From contig QPGO01000032.1 of the NCBI GenBank assembly GCA_008632985.1, positions 245,330 to 309,329 of the forward strand: a stretch of DNA of 64,000 bases. Reading direction: 5' to 3'. The DNA is from Psammoneis japonica (Eukaryota). Both the position numbers and the translations under genes were made by a program. The notes below the pieces were generated by a model, which was not told the origin of the DNA, did no database searches, and worked only from the letters and a program-made list of their open reading frames with translations. How positions within the stretch are numbered: position 1 is the first letter of the stretch; every line of letters begins with the position of its first letter. This document shows, piece after piece, positions 63,200 through 64,000 of this stretch.

Positions 63200-64000
63200 A
63201 GGCAATCGTGTTTCTTATTTAGGTCACGTGAGGCCCAACGGACTTTTTATGGTTGTTCATGCGTTCTGTCTGTCTTTCGTTCTGTTGTTAGTTCGGCTGT
63301 CGCGGTGGGGGAGCTTCTTCCGTACCACTTACAGACCTCCCAGTTGGGAGTGACGGGGAGCACAAAATGCTGTGGCCAGTGCTTGTTTCTGCTGTCTGCT
63401 GCTCGCACGGTGTTGCCGCACCAAGCAAGAGAAACAGCACACAGAGTGGCAGATTGTGCAGCTTCTTGCCATTCATTTTTTTCCTTCAATTTTTTGTTCA
63501 AGTGCCAAAACACACCCCCCTTTGTTCGACCAGCGAAAAAGCTCTTTGGCTGCTTCAGCCAGCCTTCACAGCCCCCGTTTGGTGGGGGAGGAGGCTCTTT
63601 TTTTTGAGTGAACCATCAACTGTGCAACAAGCTTGTGCATGTTGGAAAATTCTTTGACTTTGCAAGGAACAGCGCAGCAGCATCTGGCCAAGGGCAAGAA
63701 CAAAGGCGGCAAGTGTTGACCCCCGGTTGAGTGTTGAACCCCCAGCACATCACGCCTTTTTGTCTTTTTTTGCCCCCACTGCTGACTCAGCATGTGCTGA
63801 AGGTTGTGAGTGCAGTGCCACAATGTTCAATGGCAAAGCTTCACAAGTGAGAGACATGGCGACACACCGGAACGCCGAAAAAAGCCAACACACATGCGCG
63901 CACCAATGCAAGCAAACAACCAACTGGCGTGTGCTTGCTCTCAAAAGTTGGGCATGAACACAACTGACAGTTTTCTTTGATGTTGTTGGTGTGTTCTGTG
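63200..64000. mobile_element. Edge of another TpA-depleted repeat block
   Basis: TpA disappears after ~63330 while CpG partly persists. Confidence 0.5.

Overview
Eukaryotic genomic DNA, most likely from a pennate diatom. This is inferred from CoDi-type Ty1/copia elements, short GT-AG introns, a bipartite plastid/thylakoid targeting peptide and an HA-repeat protein. About 20 host genes lie in islands at ~7.6-15.5 kb, ~25-44.8 kb and ~57.4-63 kb: two trypsin-like proteases, two U-box/CesT-like proteins, a SnoaL protein, cyclophilin, a divergent HSP20 pair, a Cys-rich membrane protein, a TLC protein, a lumenal protein, UBA1, two sulfotransferase-like genes, two cupins and an HA-repeat protein. 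They alternate with blocks of dead repeats at 1-7.5 kb, 15.6-25 kb, 45-57.2 kb and 63.3-64 kb. The main finding is that TpA is almost completely erased inside the repeat blocks (TpA->TpG/CpA, seen as Tyr->Cys/His), in addition to ordinary CpG->TpG/CpA decay. Internal controls (an LTR pair, tandem duplications, an intron-retaining gene copy) indicate this happened on chromosomal DNA, on both strands, after insertion. This suggests a repeat-targeted A:T->G:C hypermutation system opposite in direction to fungal RIP. A recurrent quasi-palindrome, ACGTAsAw(w)TCTACGT, marks several unmutated islands, block edges and promoters. Several host genes carry single-base frameshifts that may be assembly errors. 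All alignments and dinucleotide observations were made by eye, not computed.
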